Of a stretch of 64,000 nucleotides of DNA, positions 38,596 to 48,740 are shown one piece after another. This DNA is from Nitrososphaerota archaeon (GTDB lineage Archaea; Thermoproteota; Nitrososphaeria_A; Caldarchaeales; Calditenuaceae). The translations under genes were made by a program, and so were the position numbers. How positions within the stretch are numbered: position 1 is the stretch's first letter; each line of letters opens with the position of its first letter. Location: the NCBI GenBank assembly GCA_041641295.1, contig JBEPYO010000001.1:352001-416000 (forward strand), written 5' to 3'. The notes beneath the pieces are model-generated. The model had not been told where the DNA came from and did no database searches. It saw only the letters and a list, made by a program, of their open reading frames with translations.

Positions 38596-38649
38596 TGCCT
38601 CGCGATATCGCGCCACGCATCTCTGAGTTGACTGGAGGTTGATGAATCG

Positions 38650-39150
38650 TTGAGTGGGGAGAGGTTGAGGGTCCTCATCGAGATGGGTGAGCTGAAGGCC
38701 GAGGCCGAGGGTACGGCAGAGGAAGTCCTAAGATTCGTCTCCAACTTTATTGGGCAACACCTGCCCGCGTACAGTCTAGCACGCCGCCTCGCTTCAGGCC
38801 CAGACCTCACCAAGCTGGTTGACGCCCTCCAAGACTACATCGCCTACAGCGAGGGGGAGGGACTCTACATCAAGCCCACAGCCCGCATCCTCTCCAACCC
38901 GCAGCGAATTCTACTCTACCTCGCGAAGAAGCGCATCGAGAGTCTCATGGGTCTCTCAGAGAGGGGAAGTGCAGGTGTACCTGAGCTAGTGGCGGCCCTA
39001 GGCGTGGGCGGTAAGACGGTTACGGCTAGACTTACGGAGCTTGCCCGTGATGGATTGGTTCAAAGGGTTGAGAGGGGAGAGTACCAGATCACGATGGCAG
39101 GCCTAGAAGAGCTTCTTAACCGCCTCAAGACGCCTGGCCAAGAGGGGTAG
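38650..39150 (+). CDS. Hypothetical protein with C-terminal wHTH
   Basis: VPELVAALGVGGKTVTARLTELARDGLV..GEYQIT. Confidence 0.7.
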   Translation: MSGERLRVLIEMGELKAEAEGTAEEVLRFVSNFIGQHLPAYSLARRLASGPDLTKLVDALQDYIAYSEGEGLYIKPTARILSNPQRILLYLAKKRIESLMGLSERGSAGVPELVAALGVGGKTVTARLTELARDGLVQRVERGEYQITMAGLEELLNRLKTPGQEG

Positions 39151-39604
39151 CCTCCCCTTCAACCTCTCCAGACTTTTCAGCAGCCTCCTCGGCTGTCCTC
39201 TCAGAGGGTTTGGATGCCCGGTAGACGTATCTCTTAGGCTTCCCCTCGCGGATTAGGGCCTCCCGCCTGACAAGGTCGAGGAGGCCGTGGGCCACAGCTG
39301 TGGGGTCGTAGTGATATCCTCTCCGCGCCAGCTCGGCGACAACTTCGGATAGGCTCCGGGGGGTTGAGAACCACCCCTCCTCGACAAGCCTCTCTAATAG
39401 GTCGAGGCAGGTTGTTGTGCGGCGCTCCAGCCTCTTGGCCTGTACGGGCTGTGTAGCCTTGGCCTGCTGAATCCCTAGGACTGAGCGTCTTACCGCCTCT
39501 TCGACGTTTTCGAGGGTTGTCTCTATCTCGACGGTCATGTCTCCTACGGTCAGCCTTACTTTTACTTGTTCTTTATTGTTGGACATGTTGCTCATCTTGC
39601 GCAA
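39125..39604 (-). CDS. Hypothetical protein with C-terminal wHTH
   Basis: EGWFSTPRSLSEVVAEL..GYHY..AVAHGL..LIREGKPKRYVY; exact start uncertain. Confidence 0.7.
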   Translation of the reverse strand: MRKMSNMSNNKEQVKVRLTVGDMTVEIETTLENVEEAVRRSVLGIQQAKATQPVQAKRLERRTTTCLDLLERLVEEGWFSTPRSLSEVVAELARRGYHYDPTAVAHGLLDLVRREALIREGKPKRYVYRASKPSERTAEEAAEKSGEVEGEATPLGQAS

Positions 39605-39639
39605 AATTAATAAGCAAGCACCACAGTTGGATTAGACGG

Positions 39640-40659
39640 GTGCCGGTGGACGTGGACAACATCTTGAGCAAGCTGAACACCATGAATAAACCCGTCGAGG
39701 AGGTATTTATGAGTTATATCGAGGACATAAACACCATCCCCCTCGCAGAACTAAACGGTGGGCTTAGGCCCTTCCAACAGACGCCAGAGTCGGTGGCTGA
39801 GCTGTGGGAGGAGAAGGATTGGGTTCCGCTCCACCTCGTAGAGCTGGATGGCCCGGTCATTACACTGGAGCCTGCGCCCCCCAAAGACATCGTGGCGGTT
39901 GACGCATCTGTGGTGCGGGTGGCGGAGTCTAGACAGGGACCGGTAATCGGGCTGAGGGCCGCCATCGTCTATAGGTCTCGCGAGGGTGTCTCTGTGAAGG
40001 TGATAGGCCCGGTCCTGAGGCTGGTGAAGCCCGCGTCGCCGCTTAGTGTAGGACACGAGGTGAGAGATGAGCTCAGATACTTTGAGAGACTTGTACAGCT
40101 TTGGGCCATCACTAACATTAGGGGAGGCCTCTACCTCTTCGACGGGACGCTTGTAGCTGGATACGACAGGTCCAGCAGCCTATTAGAAACTATCCTCGAG
40201 ACGGCTGACTACACAGGCCGCGCCATACTCGCCTTCTCCAAGGAGAGCCTGCTGGTAAAGGGAGGACCGGAGACGATGCTTAAAGACAGCAGCATATCAC
40301 CTCCCTATGTCCGGGATCTGACAGGACCCGTGAGATCTATTTGGGGTGGTATCAGGCCTCTGGGAAGTGTCTTTTTGGCGAAGCTCGCACCATCGCTCTA
40401 CCCATTCAGGGTTGATGCCTATCCTGCAGAGAGGGGGGTTAATGCCCTCTCATCCCTGCTCTCATCGGACGCCCTGATACATGGCTATCCAGAGACACTG
40501 GTACTTGCACACAGCCACGCAACATTCAGCTGGATGGATGTTGTGGCTATGCGAAGCACCCTCTTGGGGCAGACAAGCACCGCCGTCTCAAGCATCTTCA
40601 ATCAACGCCTGATGGTATTAACACCCTTCGAGCCGAGGAGCCATGAAGATCCTACGTAA
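39640..40659 (+). CDS. NurA-family nuclease, copy 2
   Basis: VAVDAS, LFDGTL, AFSKES, GYPETLVLAH; GTG start inferred. Confidence 0.75.
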   Translation: MPVDVDNILSKLNTMNKPVEEVFMSYIEDINTIPLAELNGGLRPFQQTPESVAELWEEKDWVPLHLVELDGPVITLEPAPPKDIVAVDASVVRVAESRQGPVIGLRAAIVYRSREGVSVKVIGPVLRLVKPASPLSVGHEVRDELRYFERLVQLWAITNIRGGLYLFDGTLVAGYDRSSSLLETILETADYTGRAILAFSKESLLVKGGPETMLKDSSISPPYVRDLTGPVRSIWGGIRPLGSVFLAKLAPSLYPFRVDAYPAERGVNALSSLLSSDALIHGYPETLVLAHSHATFSWMDVVAMRSTLLGQTSTAVSSIFNQRLMVLTPFEPRSHEDPT

Positions 40660-42091
40660 GAGTAACGGCACATTTGAGATACTCGCGCTTCCAGGCGACA
40701 CTGAGATAGAGCGAGGCGAGTACATAGCCGCTGTCGAGGGAGACAAGGCCCTCATACTCGAGGTTATAGATGTGGAGTATGCCGACATTCCAGGCCTCCT
40801 CGAAGACCTCCTCAGAGAGCTAACACTCCAGAAAGCCTCCATGACCATATATGACCCGCATGGCGTCAACTCTATCACCCTCTCAATCCGTGAGTCGAAG
40901 GTCATAGTTGCGAAGCTCCGTACAGTAGTATGGCGTGATGGTGTCAGGTTTAACTCTCTCTGGATTCCCTCAAGATTCTCATCCAAAATCCAGCGAATCC
41001 CTACAAGCGAGGTGTTAAAACACGTTAGGGGAGAGCCCAAGATACCTATCGAGATTGGAGAATCATTCGGCGAGCCAATAACAATAGATGCCGCAGACCT
41101 CGACAACTCATTAACAATTGTCACAGGTAGGAAGGGGACGGGAAAATCGCACTCTGTAAAAGTCCTGCTATACGAGCTTATTAGGCACGGGTGCTATGCA
41201 CTTGTATTCGATATTAACGGGGAATACTGCGGGCTCGGCCAAGCGAAGAAAGGAGAGTCTAACGATGTCGCCGACAAGGTGGTAGTGGCGAGACCTTGCA
41301 TAGACTTCAGAGTTGGTCTGGAGACCATAGGTATGGACGTGATTATGGACATCCTTGAGCACGTGTTCGCAACCCCGCAAAACAGCATAAGAGAGTTTGC
41401 GAGACTCTGGGAATACTTGGAGAAAAATGGCAAGCTCACCATCGAGGACCTTCTCGGCGAGGTACGTAGAGCCCACATGAACGAGGCGGTGAGAGACGCA
41501 TTGATGAGCAGGCTGCACGTCATACTTGGCTCAGGATTCATCATAGATGGAGACTACGACCCAATATACCAGCTATTTAACAGCAGGGAAGATGGGCTCC
41601 TAGTAGTTGTCGACCTGTCAAGGCTGAGGCCCATGGTGAGGAGGATGGTCGTCGAATACGTCCTCAGCGGGATTACAAAACACCTCTCAGAAAACTCTAT
41701 CCCACCACTCTTCCTAGTCTCCGAGGAGGCACACCTCTACGTAGGCGAGACATATTGGGAGGATATAGTCACGAGGATGCGCCACCTCGGAATCTCACCC
41801 ATCTTCGTGACCAATCAGCCCGACTCAATCCCAGAACTCATCTACAGACAGGCAGACAACCTGTTTCTCTTCAACTTTGTAAACGAGAACGACCTTGAAG
41901 CCCTCTCCAGATTCAGCCACGTGGACTCGGAGACGGTTAAGAGGATTGCTCCCTCGCTCGAGCTCGGCCAGGCCCTCATAGTCGGTAGCGTCGTGGGCAA
42001 CATACCGGTCCTCGTCAAGATTAAGGACATAAATGCAAGGGTTCTGGGGCGTACGAAGAGATTTTTTAAATCGGTGGAACAAAAGGTTTAG
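40643..42091 (+). CDS. HerA/FtsK-like ATPase, copy 2
   Basis: Walker A GRKGTGKS, FDINGEY, Walker B EEAH, RMRHLG..TNQP. Confidence 0.85.
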   Translation: MKILRKSNGTFEILALPGDTEIERGEYIAAVEGDKALILEVIDVEYADIPGLLEDLLRELTLQKASMTIYDPHGVNSITLSIRESKVIVAKLRTVVWRDGVRFNSLWIPSRFSSKIQRIPTSEVLKHVRGEPKIPIEIGESFGEPITIDAADLDNSLTIVTGRKGTGKSHSVKVLLYELIRHGCYALVFDINGEYCGLGQAKKGESNDVADKVVVARPCIDFRVGLETIGMDVIMDILEHVFATPQNSIREFARLWEYLEKNGKLTIEDLLGEVRRAHMNEAVRDALMSRLHVILGSGFIIDGDYDPIYQLFNSREDGLLVVVDLSRLRPMVRRMVVEYVLSGITKHLSENSIPPLFLVSEEAHLYVGETYWEDIVTRMRHLGISPIFVTNQPDSIPELIYRQADNLFLFNFVNENDLEALSRFSHVDSETVKRIAPSLELGQALIVGSVVGNIPVLVKIKDINARVLGRTKRFFKSVEQKV

Positions 42092-42119
42092 AGACGCCCA
42101 ACACTCCTCTACACTTGGA

Positions 42120-42770
42120 GTGACGCCAGCTATCAACGACGCTTATGTGGGCAGGCTGAGGGAGGAGTATTCGAGACTGAAAGATGTGATTGAGCAGAGG
42201 CTTGAAGAGTTCAGGAGGGTGGATAAGAGCGATGGTTATAGGCTCTTCGAGGAGCTTGTCTTCTGCATCCTCACCCCGCAGACTAGCGCGAGAAGAGCTG
42301 ACTCGGCGGTTAGAGAGCTCTCAGAAAGGGGGCTCCTAAAGGCAGGCCGCAGCCGCGAGATATACACCGTGCTTAGGCGTTGGGGTGTTAGGTTTCCAAG
42401 CAATAAAGCCCGATACATAGTGCAGAACCGGAGAAAGTTGGAGGGTGGCTTGGCCCTTCCGCGAATTCTCGGGGCAGATGCCCACGCCACGAGGGAGGTC
42501 TTGGTGAGGGAGGTATGGGGGATGGGCTATAAGGAGGCCTCCCACTTTTTGAGAAACATAGGGTATGAGGGTCTGGCTATAATTGATAGGCACATTCTGA
42601 GAGGCCTGCTTAGAATTGGTGTGCTGGAAAGCGAGGTGGACGTCTCAAGTAGGAGTAGGTATTTGTTTGTTGAAGAGAGGTTTATGGAGGCTGCGCGGAT
42701 TGTAGGTGTACCACCAGAAGCCCTTGACCTCCTTCTATGGTATCAGGGGACTGGGGAGATTTTCAAATGA
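42120..42770 (+). CDS. ogg: 8-oxoguanine DNA glycosylase/AP lyase
   Basis: FEELVFCILT, RFPSNKARYI, GMGYKEASHFLRNIG, IIDRH, LDLLLWY; start approximate. Confidence 0.92.
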   Translation: MTPAINDAYVGRLREEYSRLKDVIEQRLEEFRRVDKSDGYRLFEELVFCILTPQTSARRADSAVRELSERGLLKAGRSREIYTVLRRWGVRFPSNKARYIVQNRRKLEGGLALPRILGADAHATREVLVREVWGMGYKEASHFLRNIGYEGLAIIDRHILRGLLRIGVLESEVDVSSRSRYLFVEERFMEAARIVGVPPEALDLLLWYQGTGEIFK

Positions 42771-43699
42771 TAGCTCTCTCGGAGGATTTCAAGATGCTTG
42801 TATCACAGCTCCCGGACCTCGACCTCGAGGCCTATTTGAAGGCGGTGGAGGAGCCTTTACCCGAGTGCGTGAGGCTGAACACGTTAAAGTTCCGCGAAGA
42901 GGACGTTAAAGAGTTCATGAGTCGTAGAGGGTGGAGGCTTGAGCCACTGGCATGGGTTAGACACGGTTACAGGGTTCTCGAAGCCCCGGTGACTAATCTT
43001 GGAGACTCTATCGAACACATGCTCGGCCTAATCTATATTCAGGGTCCTGTGTCGATGCTTCCAGTAGAGGTTCTAGACGTAAGGGCTGGTGATAGGTGCC
43101 TCGACCTCTGCGCCGCGCCCGGCAGCAAGTCTACCCAGATGGCCCAGCTCGTGGGGCTCGACGGCGTTGTTGTAGCTAACGATGTCTCGAGTAAGAGGGT
43201 GAAGGCCCTCTCATTCAACCTACAGCGCTGGGGAGCGGTCAACTCAATCGTAACACTTACAGATGGTAGGCTCTTCAGCAGGTGGGCTGCAGGCTTGTTT
43301 GATAGGGTGCTCGTCGACGCGCCCTGCAGCTCTCTAGGAGTAGTGAGCAAGGACTGGTCAGTCCTCAAGAGATATAGGTACAACCATAGCAGGCGACTCC
43401 AACCACTCCAAGCAGCCCTCCTAGAATCTGGGTACAGGTGCTTAAAGCCGGGCGGAGTAATAGTCTACTCGACCTGCACAATACACCCTCTCGAGAATGA
43501 GGCAGTAATATCGCGGTTCCTTGAGAGGCATCCGGAGGCGAGGCTAGAGGAGGTCAGGCCCGCGGGTCTTAGGTGGCGCAGACCCTTGGAAGAGTTTGGT
43601 GGTGAGAGGTTCAGCCCGGAGGTGGAGAAGTGTTTCAAATGCTACCCCTACGATAACGGTGGTGAGGGGTTCTTCATCGCCAAGATTAGGAGGGAGTGA
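42767..43699 (+). CDS. NOP2/Sun/RsmF RNA m5C methyltransferase
   Basis: LDLCAAPGSK, DAPCS, YSTCT, ENE, GFFIAK. Confidence 0.93.
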   Translation: MIALSEDFKMLVSQLPDLDLEAYLKAVEEPLPECVRLNTLKFREEDVKEFMSRRGWRLEPLAWVRHGYRVLEAPVTNLGDSIEHMLGLIYIQGPVSMLPVEVLDVRAGDRCLDLCAAPGSKSTQMAQLVGLDGVVVANDVSSKRVKALSFNLQRWGAVNSIVTLTDGRLFSRWAAGLFDRVLVDAPCSSLGVVSKDWSVLKRYRYNHSRRLQPLQAALLESGYRCLKPGGVIVYSTCTIHPLENEAVISRFLERHPEARLEEVRPAGLRWRRPLEEFGGERFSPEVEKCFKCYPYDNGGEGFFIAKIRRE

Positions 43700-43702
43700 G
43701 TC

Positions 43703-44152
43703 ATGGCCCGCATCATGGGTAGAGACAGCTTCTCCACCCTCTCACGCTTCCTAAGAGTCAACGACCTCCCATCCCAGCTCGTCTTCACGGAGAAGGGTAA
43801 GAAGGTCAGGTGTGTGACACACACAGCACTGGAGACTGCTACACGCTTGAAGGGCGTTGTCACCATGGGGGTTTACGCGGCCAAGAAAATGGGCGAAGAC
43901 TACTATCTCTCAATCGAGGGTAGTCAGCTCCTCGGACCCTACCTAGAGGGGGGCGTAGTAGAGGTCTCGATGAATGAGGCGGAGAACTGGATGAGGGGGG
44001 CGCCAATCGAGAGGAGTGGCCTTGAATCGGGGATAGCCGTTGTCAAGATGGGGTGGCTCTTTCTCGGATCAGGCCGCGTCTCGCGGGATGGGCGAATCTA
44101 CCCTCTGATTCCCAAGGAAAGGATGATAAGCCATCGGAACGGTAAAGGCTAG
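43703..44152 (+). CDS. PUA-domain partner of the m5C methyltransferase (NIP7/RsmF C-terminal-like)
   Basis: YLSIEGSQLLGP, WMRG, LGSG, IPKER. Confidence 0.7.
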   Translation: MARIMGRDSFSTLSRFLRVNDLPSQLVFTEKGKKVRCVTHTALETATRLKGVVTMGVYAAKKMGEDYYLSIEGSQLLGPYLEGGVVEVSMNEAENWMRGAPIERSGLESGIAVVKMGWLFLGSGRVSRDGRIYPLIPKERMISHRNGKG

Positions 44153-44171
44153 CTGGTGGAGTAGAGCAGCT

Positions 44172-45482
44172 TTGAGGGACTATTACGACGTGGTTGTTGT
44201 TGGTGGAGGGATTGTGGGCGTCTTCGCAACACTCGACCTTGCACTCAGGGGAGCCTCAGTCTTACTATTGGAGAGGCGGAGGATCTGCTCGGGGACTTCT
44301 GGGAGGAGTCATGGAATGCTGCACAGCGGTGCGAGATACGCGACCACAGACCCGAAGGCTGCAGAGGAGTGTATCAAGGAGAATAGGATTCTCACGGAGA
44401 TCGCGCCCCACTGTATTCGAGATGTTGGAGGCTTCTTCGTCTCTGTAAGCCCCGAGGAGGAGGAATACCACCACCAGCTTGTAAGCTCCTGTAAAAGGGC
44501 TGGGATACCTTCAACCGACGTCGACGTAGACCTGCTCAGGACCCTAGAGCCGAACATAACGCCCAAGGCCCGCTCCGCCATCCTAGTCCCAGATAAAGTG
44601 GTTTACGCGAGGGACCTAGCCTATTCTGCCTTACTTGTAGCCCTGTCAAAGGGGGCCAGCGTAGTTGAGGGGGCTTCTGTGGAGAGGATACGGGTCGAGG
44701 GCGGCCAAGTAACTGGTGTCGAGGCGTTCTCCTCCAGCGGCTTCTTCAAGCTTCGGTGTAGGGGCGTTGTTAATGCGGCTGGACCCTGGTGTGGTGAGGT
44801 TGCAAAGAAGGCTGGTCTCTCAGTAGAGGTCATACCTGCCGCAGGAGTTATGGGGGTGGCCAGCGCCAGCCTGACACGCCACATAATAAACAGGATGAGG
44901 CCGCCGAGCGACGGCGACATAATAGTCCCATACGCAGCAGGCGCAACCATCGCGGGAACAACCGCAAAGCTCACCGAAGACCTCGAAAGAATCGAAGTAG
45001 GAGAAGAAGACGCTGAAATAATCCTCCAAGAGTGCGGGGAAGTGGTACCAGCCCTCAGGGAGGTGGGGTTTTCACGCCTCTACGCCTCCGTCAGACCGCT
45101 CATAGCGAAAAATGGGGGTGAGACAGACCTACGCGAAATGACGAGAAGTTTTGAGATTATTGACCACTCCGAGGAGGGTGTAGAAGGGTTCGTCACAGCG
45201 GTGGGGGGTAAGCTGACCACCGGTAGGCTAATAGCTGAAAACGCGGTGAACACCATAGCACGGCACCTAGGCATCCCGACGGGCAGCTTCACGGATAAGA
45301 CCAGACTCAACCATCCGAGCAAAGAGGAGGCAAAGGATATTAGGGCTGCACTAGAGGCCGGCGAGGTGGTGGGACAGCTGAGAACCATGATAGACGAGTC
45401 GCTCGAGACGATAGATGGTGAGAGGTACTGGAGCCTACTACTCCCCCTAGTCTTCGCAAAGAGAATAGGTGAGAGAGGCTGA
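44172..45482 (+). CDS. glpA: FAD-dependent glycerol-3-phosphate dehydrogenase (GlpA-like, no C-terminal Fe-S domain)
   Basis: GTSGRSHGMLHSGARYA, ECIKEN, NAAGPW, PPSDGDI, GGKLTT. Confidence 0.88.
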   Translation: MRDYYDVVVVGGGIVGVFATLDLALRGASVLLLERRRICSGTSGRSHGMLHSGARYATTDPKAAEECIKENRILTEIAPHCIRDVGGFFVSVSPEEEEYHHQLVSSCKRAGIPSTDVDVDLLRTLEPNITPKARSAILVPDKVVYARDLAYSALLVALSKGASVVEGASVERIRVEGGQVTGVEAFSSSGFFKLRCRGVVNAAGPWCGEVAKKAGLSVEVIPAAGVMGVASASLTRHIINRMRPPSDGDIIVPYAAGATIAGTTAKLTEDLERIEVGEEDAEIILQECGEVVPALREVGFSRLYASVRPLIAKNGGETDLREMTRSFEIIDHSEEGVEGFVTAVGGKLTTGRLIAENAVNTIARHLGIPTGSFTDKTRLNHPSKEEAKDIRAALEAGEVVGQLRTMIDESLETIDGERYWSLLLPLVFAKRIGERG

Positions 45483-45946
45483 GGCTAGAGGGTACGATAG
45501 AGGTTACAGCAAGCCCCTCTGAGACACTGCAGAGACTCAGAGACCCTAAATGGCTGGGCAAATGCCTACCCAACCTAGCCTCACTAGAGCTCTTGAGTGA
45601 GAGGGAATTCAAGGCAACCTTCTACTTGGACCTAGAAGAGATAGCGAAGGTAACTGGATACCTCTCACGACTCAGAGCAGATATGAGGTTCAGATACGAA
45701 GACGAGGGAGGCAATGATGTGAAGGTGTTGGGAACGGGCAGGGTTGTGGGCGCAAAGATAGGCCTCACGATAGATGTAAAAGTCACACCGTCAGAGAGGG
45801 GGACGCTAATCAACTGGTCTGCAGAAGCGGACCTAGGCATAATTCAGAGAGTCCTCGGAGAGGACACTACCCGCAAGGTAGCCAAAAGGCAGATTGAACT
45901 CCTAACAGCCAGGCTCAGGGAGGCACTCAATACCGGTATAAATTAA
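45479..45946 (+). CDS. CoxG/SRPBCC family protein, probable CTG start
   Basis: Frame extends upstream of the ORF-track start to CTG-AGG-CTA-GAG-GGT (MRLEGTIEV..DPKWLGKCLP), overlapping the glpA stop (CTGA). Confidence 0.75.
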   Translation: MRLEGTIEVTASPSETLQRLRDPKWLGKCLPNLASLELLSEREFKATFYLDLEEIAKVTGYLSRLRADMRFRYEDEGGNDVKVLGTGRVVGAKIGLTIDVKVTPSERGTLINWSAEADLGIIQRVLGEDTTRKVAKRQIELLTARLREALNTGIN

Positions 45947-45971
45947 GCCACTACACATCAACAAACAGACT

Positions 45972-46745
45972 TTGCCCAGAATCAAGGCCGTGCTCATGGA
46001 CCTCGACGGAACACTCTTCCTAGGCGAATCCACCATACCCGGAGCTCCCGAGTCGGTGCGGAGGATTAGAGAGTTGGGGTTGAGCATCGCCTTCCTTACG
46101 AACAACTCCTTCTACTCACGTAGGATGATCCTTGACAAGCTGGTTGAAGCGGGTATCGAGGCGCGGCCAGAGGAGATTGTGAACTCCGGTTTAGCCGCCT
46201 CGGAGTATTTGAAGGAGCATAGAGGGGTTTGCAGGGTGTTTCCAGTAGGAGATGTTGGGCTGGTGGAGGAGATTGTTTTGGGTGGTCATACCCTTGTGGC
46301 GCGGGGGGATGAGGCTGACGCCGTCGTGGCGGGCGGGACAAGGGACATAAGTTATTGGAGGCTGGTTGAGGGGCATCGCGCCATAATGAATGGTGCACTC
46401 TTCATAGCCACGAACAAGGACCACGTATACATGACTGAGAGGGGACCGATGCCTGGCGCCGGTGCACTGGTTAGCTTCCTCGAGACATCGACTAGACGTA
46501 GGGCGATACTTGTGGGCAAGCCTGAAAGATACATTGCCGACCTTGCACTCAAGAAGCTGTCCCTGAGGCCTGAGGAGGTGGTGGTAGTCGGCGACAACGA
46601 GGAGGTGGATATGGCGCTGGCTGAGGCGATAGGCTCTAAGGGGATTCTAGTCTTGACAGGTATAAGCAAGAATCCGTCGTCGAAGAAGTGGTTGGTGGCG
46701 AAGACACCAGCCGAAGTCCCCGAGAAGCTTTCTCTACTCCTCTGA
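45972..46745 (+). CDS. HAD-IIA (NagD-like) phosphatase
   Basis: DLDGT, TNN, GKP, VGDNEEVD, LVLTG. Confidence 0.9.
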   Translation: MPRIKAVLMDLDGTLFLGESTIPGAPESVRRIRELGLSIAFLTNNSFYSRRMILDKLVEAGIEARPEEIVNSGLAASEYLKEHRGVCRVFPVGDVGLVEEIVLGGHTLVARGDEADAVVAGGTRDISYWRLVEGHRAIMNGALFIATNKDHVYMTERGPMPGAGALVSFLETSTRRRAILVGKPERYIADLALKKLSLRPEEVVVVGDNEEVDMALAEAIGSKGILVLTGISKNPSSKKWLVAKTPAEVPEKLSLLL

Positions 46746-46750
46746 GGACT

Positions 46751-48634
46751 CTACATTTCTCGGAGTACTGGGATGCCTGTAAGATTCATTGCGCTGGTCT
46801 GGGCGATGATGTATGCTTGAACTAGGGCCAGCCTGAATGGCGCAGCCTCCCCACCCTCTATCACTGGGCACTTTTCGTAAAACTCGTTAAAGTTGACGGC
46901 CATCTCCCTAGAGTGTGTTATCAGCTGCCTCAACCTCAGCGTCCTAGCCGACGTCTCTATGACTAGAGGTAGGAATGATATTGAGCGTATTAGGAGCTTC
47001 TCCTCTTTGGCTAGCTCGCCGTAGGGTTTGGGGTTGGCTTCTATCCCCCGGTCCCGTGCCTTCTCGAGAATCCTGTAAGATCTGGCCACGCTGTACTGTA
47101 TGTAGGGGCCTGTGTCGCCCTCGAGTCTGGTGGCCTCCCTTAGGTCGAATACCACTGCCTTCTCAGCCTCCGACCTCAGTATCGAGTATCTGAGGGCCCC
47201 CTGTGCAATGGCCTCGGCCACCTCATCGACCTTCTCTCGAGGCCAGTCTCCATGCCTCTTCCTGACCTCTTCAGCCGCCAGCCTCTTCAACTCGTCTAGA
47301 ACCTCATCCACTTTAAAGTAAATCCCCCTTCTACCACTCATCTGTACTGCCCGCCCCTCGACGGCCTCAACACCCAGCCTCCTTGCCGAGTCCGGGCTAA
47401 GGGCTACGCGCTCATAGGAGTAGTGTATGTACCGCCCACCATCCACGCCGAGCCTTGATAACACGTATCGCACCACCTCCTGCGGCCTCCTCTGCTCAGA
47501 ACCCACGACAGTCACAACCAGGCTTGGCTTAGGGATAACAATTGGAGTGCCCGAGTCCATCTCTGTAATTGTTATTGGGGTGCCGTCTGGGTTTTGCCCC
47601 CACAGCCTGCCGTTTATCTTCACGTCAGATTCGCCCAGCTTCCATAGGGCGAAGGCGATATCCCTCGCGACATAAGTGGTGGAGCCGTCGCTCTTTACCA
47701 ATATCTCGTCACCCTCCTTGGAGAGGACTGGGTGGTCGCTGAGGTTGACGCACCAGCAGCCCCTGTTCTCTCCCTCCTCCGCCTTATAGATGATGCCCTT
47801 CTCGAGTAGTAGGTTGAAGGTCTTGGCCCAGAGGCCTGAGGCTACCACGTCGCTCTCCCTGAAGAGCAGATCGTATCTCGCTCCGAGCCTCCAGCATGTT
47901 GTGAGCTGATTGGAAAGCACCCTGTCGGCTACGAGACGTGCCTGTCTGAATTCCTCGCTGCCCTTCTCCTCTATTCTCTTGGCTAGGGACCTCAGCCTCT
48001 CCTCGAGAGACCTGTCCTCCTCCAGCCGCCGCGTGACCATGACATATACGTGGTCTCCACAATACTCGTCGAAACGTATGCCCTGGGGCGGTTCCATGGG
48101 CATCCCCAGCCCGAGGAATCCCAGAAGGACACTGGCCATCTGGGCGCCACTATCGTCCACATAGTTCAGCACATAGACCTTGTACCCCACCTTCGCGAGA
48201 ACCCGCGCAACCGTGTCCCCCAAATACACATTCCTCGCATGACCTATGTGCAAAGCCTTGTTAGGATTCACGCTCGTATGCTCAACCAATACGACGCGCC
48301 CCTCACCTTCCTGGGATCTGCCGTATCCTTCAGCCCCAAGCCTGACAACCTCGCTCAAGGTAAACTCTGAGAAGCGATGCCAATCGGCGTAGAAGTTTAT
48401 GTATCCAGGCGGGGCAGCCTCCACGCGTTCAATAAGCTCTCCACGCCCCAGCTTGGCGGCTATATCCCTCGCAAGCTCCAGAGGGCTTCCGCCACTACGC
48501 CTAGCCTCCTCGAGTGGGTATGGCGTAAAGGCCTCCCCAAACTCTGGAGACTTTGGAGGACTGATCCTCACACCCTCCAATCCAGCTCCTGACAGCAGCC
48601 GCTCCGCCTCCTCGAAGAGCTTCTTAATCGTCAA
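46751..48634 (-). CDS. argS: Arginyl-tRNA synthetase
   Basis: EHTSVNPNKALHIGH, MSGRRG, GPYIQY, FYEKCPV, C-terminal REM. Confidence 0.96.
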   Translation of the reverse strand: MTIKKLFEEAERLLSGAGLEGVRISPPKSPEFGEAFTPYPLEEARRSGGSPLELARDIAAKLGRGELIERVEAAPPGYINFYADWHRFSEFTLSEVVRLGAEGYGRSQEGEGRVVLVEHTSVNPNKALHIGHARNVYLGDTVARVLAKVGYKVYVLNYVDDSGAQMASVLLGFLGLGMPMEPPQGIRFDEYCGDHVYVMVTRRLEEDRSLEERLRSLAKRIEEKGSEEFRQARLVADRVLSNQLTTCWRLGARYDLLFRESDVVASGLWAKTFNLLLEKGIIYKAEEGENRGCWCVNLSDHPVLSKEGDEILVKSDGSTTYVARDIAFALWKLGESDVKINGRLWGQNPDGTPITITEMDSGTPIVIPKPSLVVTVVGSEQRRPQEVVRYVLSRLGVDGGRYIHYSYERVALSPDSARRLGVEAVEGRAVQMSGRRGIYFKVDEVLDELKRLAAEEVRKRHGDWPREKVDEVAEAIAQGALRYSILRSEAEKAVVFDLREATRLEGDTGPYIQYSVARSYRILEKARDRGIEANPKPYGELAKEEKLLIRSISFLPLVIETSARTLRLRQLITHSREMAVNFNEFYEKCPVIEGGEAAPFRLALVQAYIIAQTSAMNLTGIPVLREM

Positions 48635-48740
48635 TCACTCTTTCCATCCATCACTCACCAATCCTCCGGATATAAACTAAAACCCTGCATGTCCGTGAAA
48701 ACCTAAAAACGCCTCATCCGTAAACCACGATAGAGAGGCG

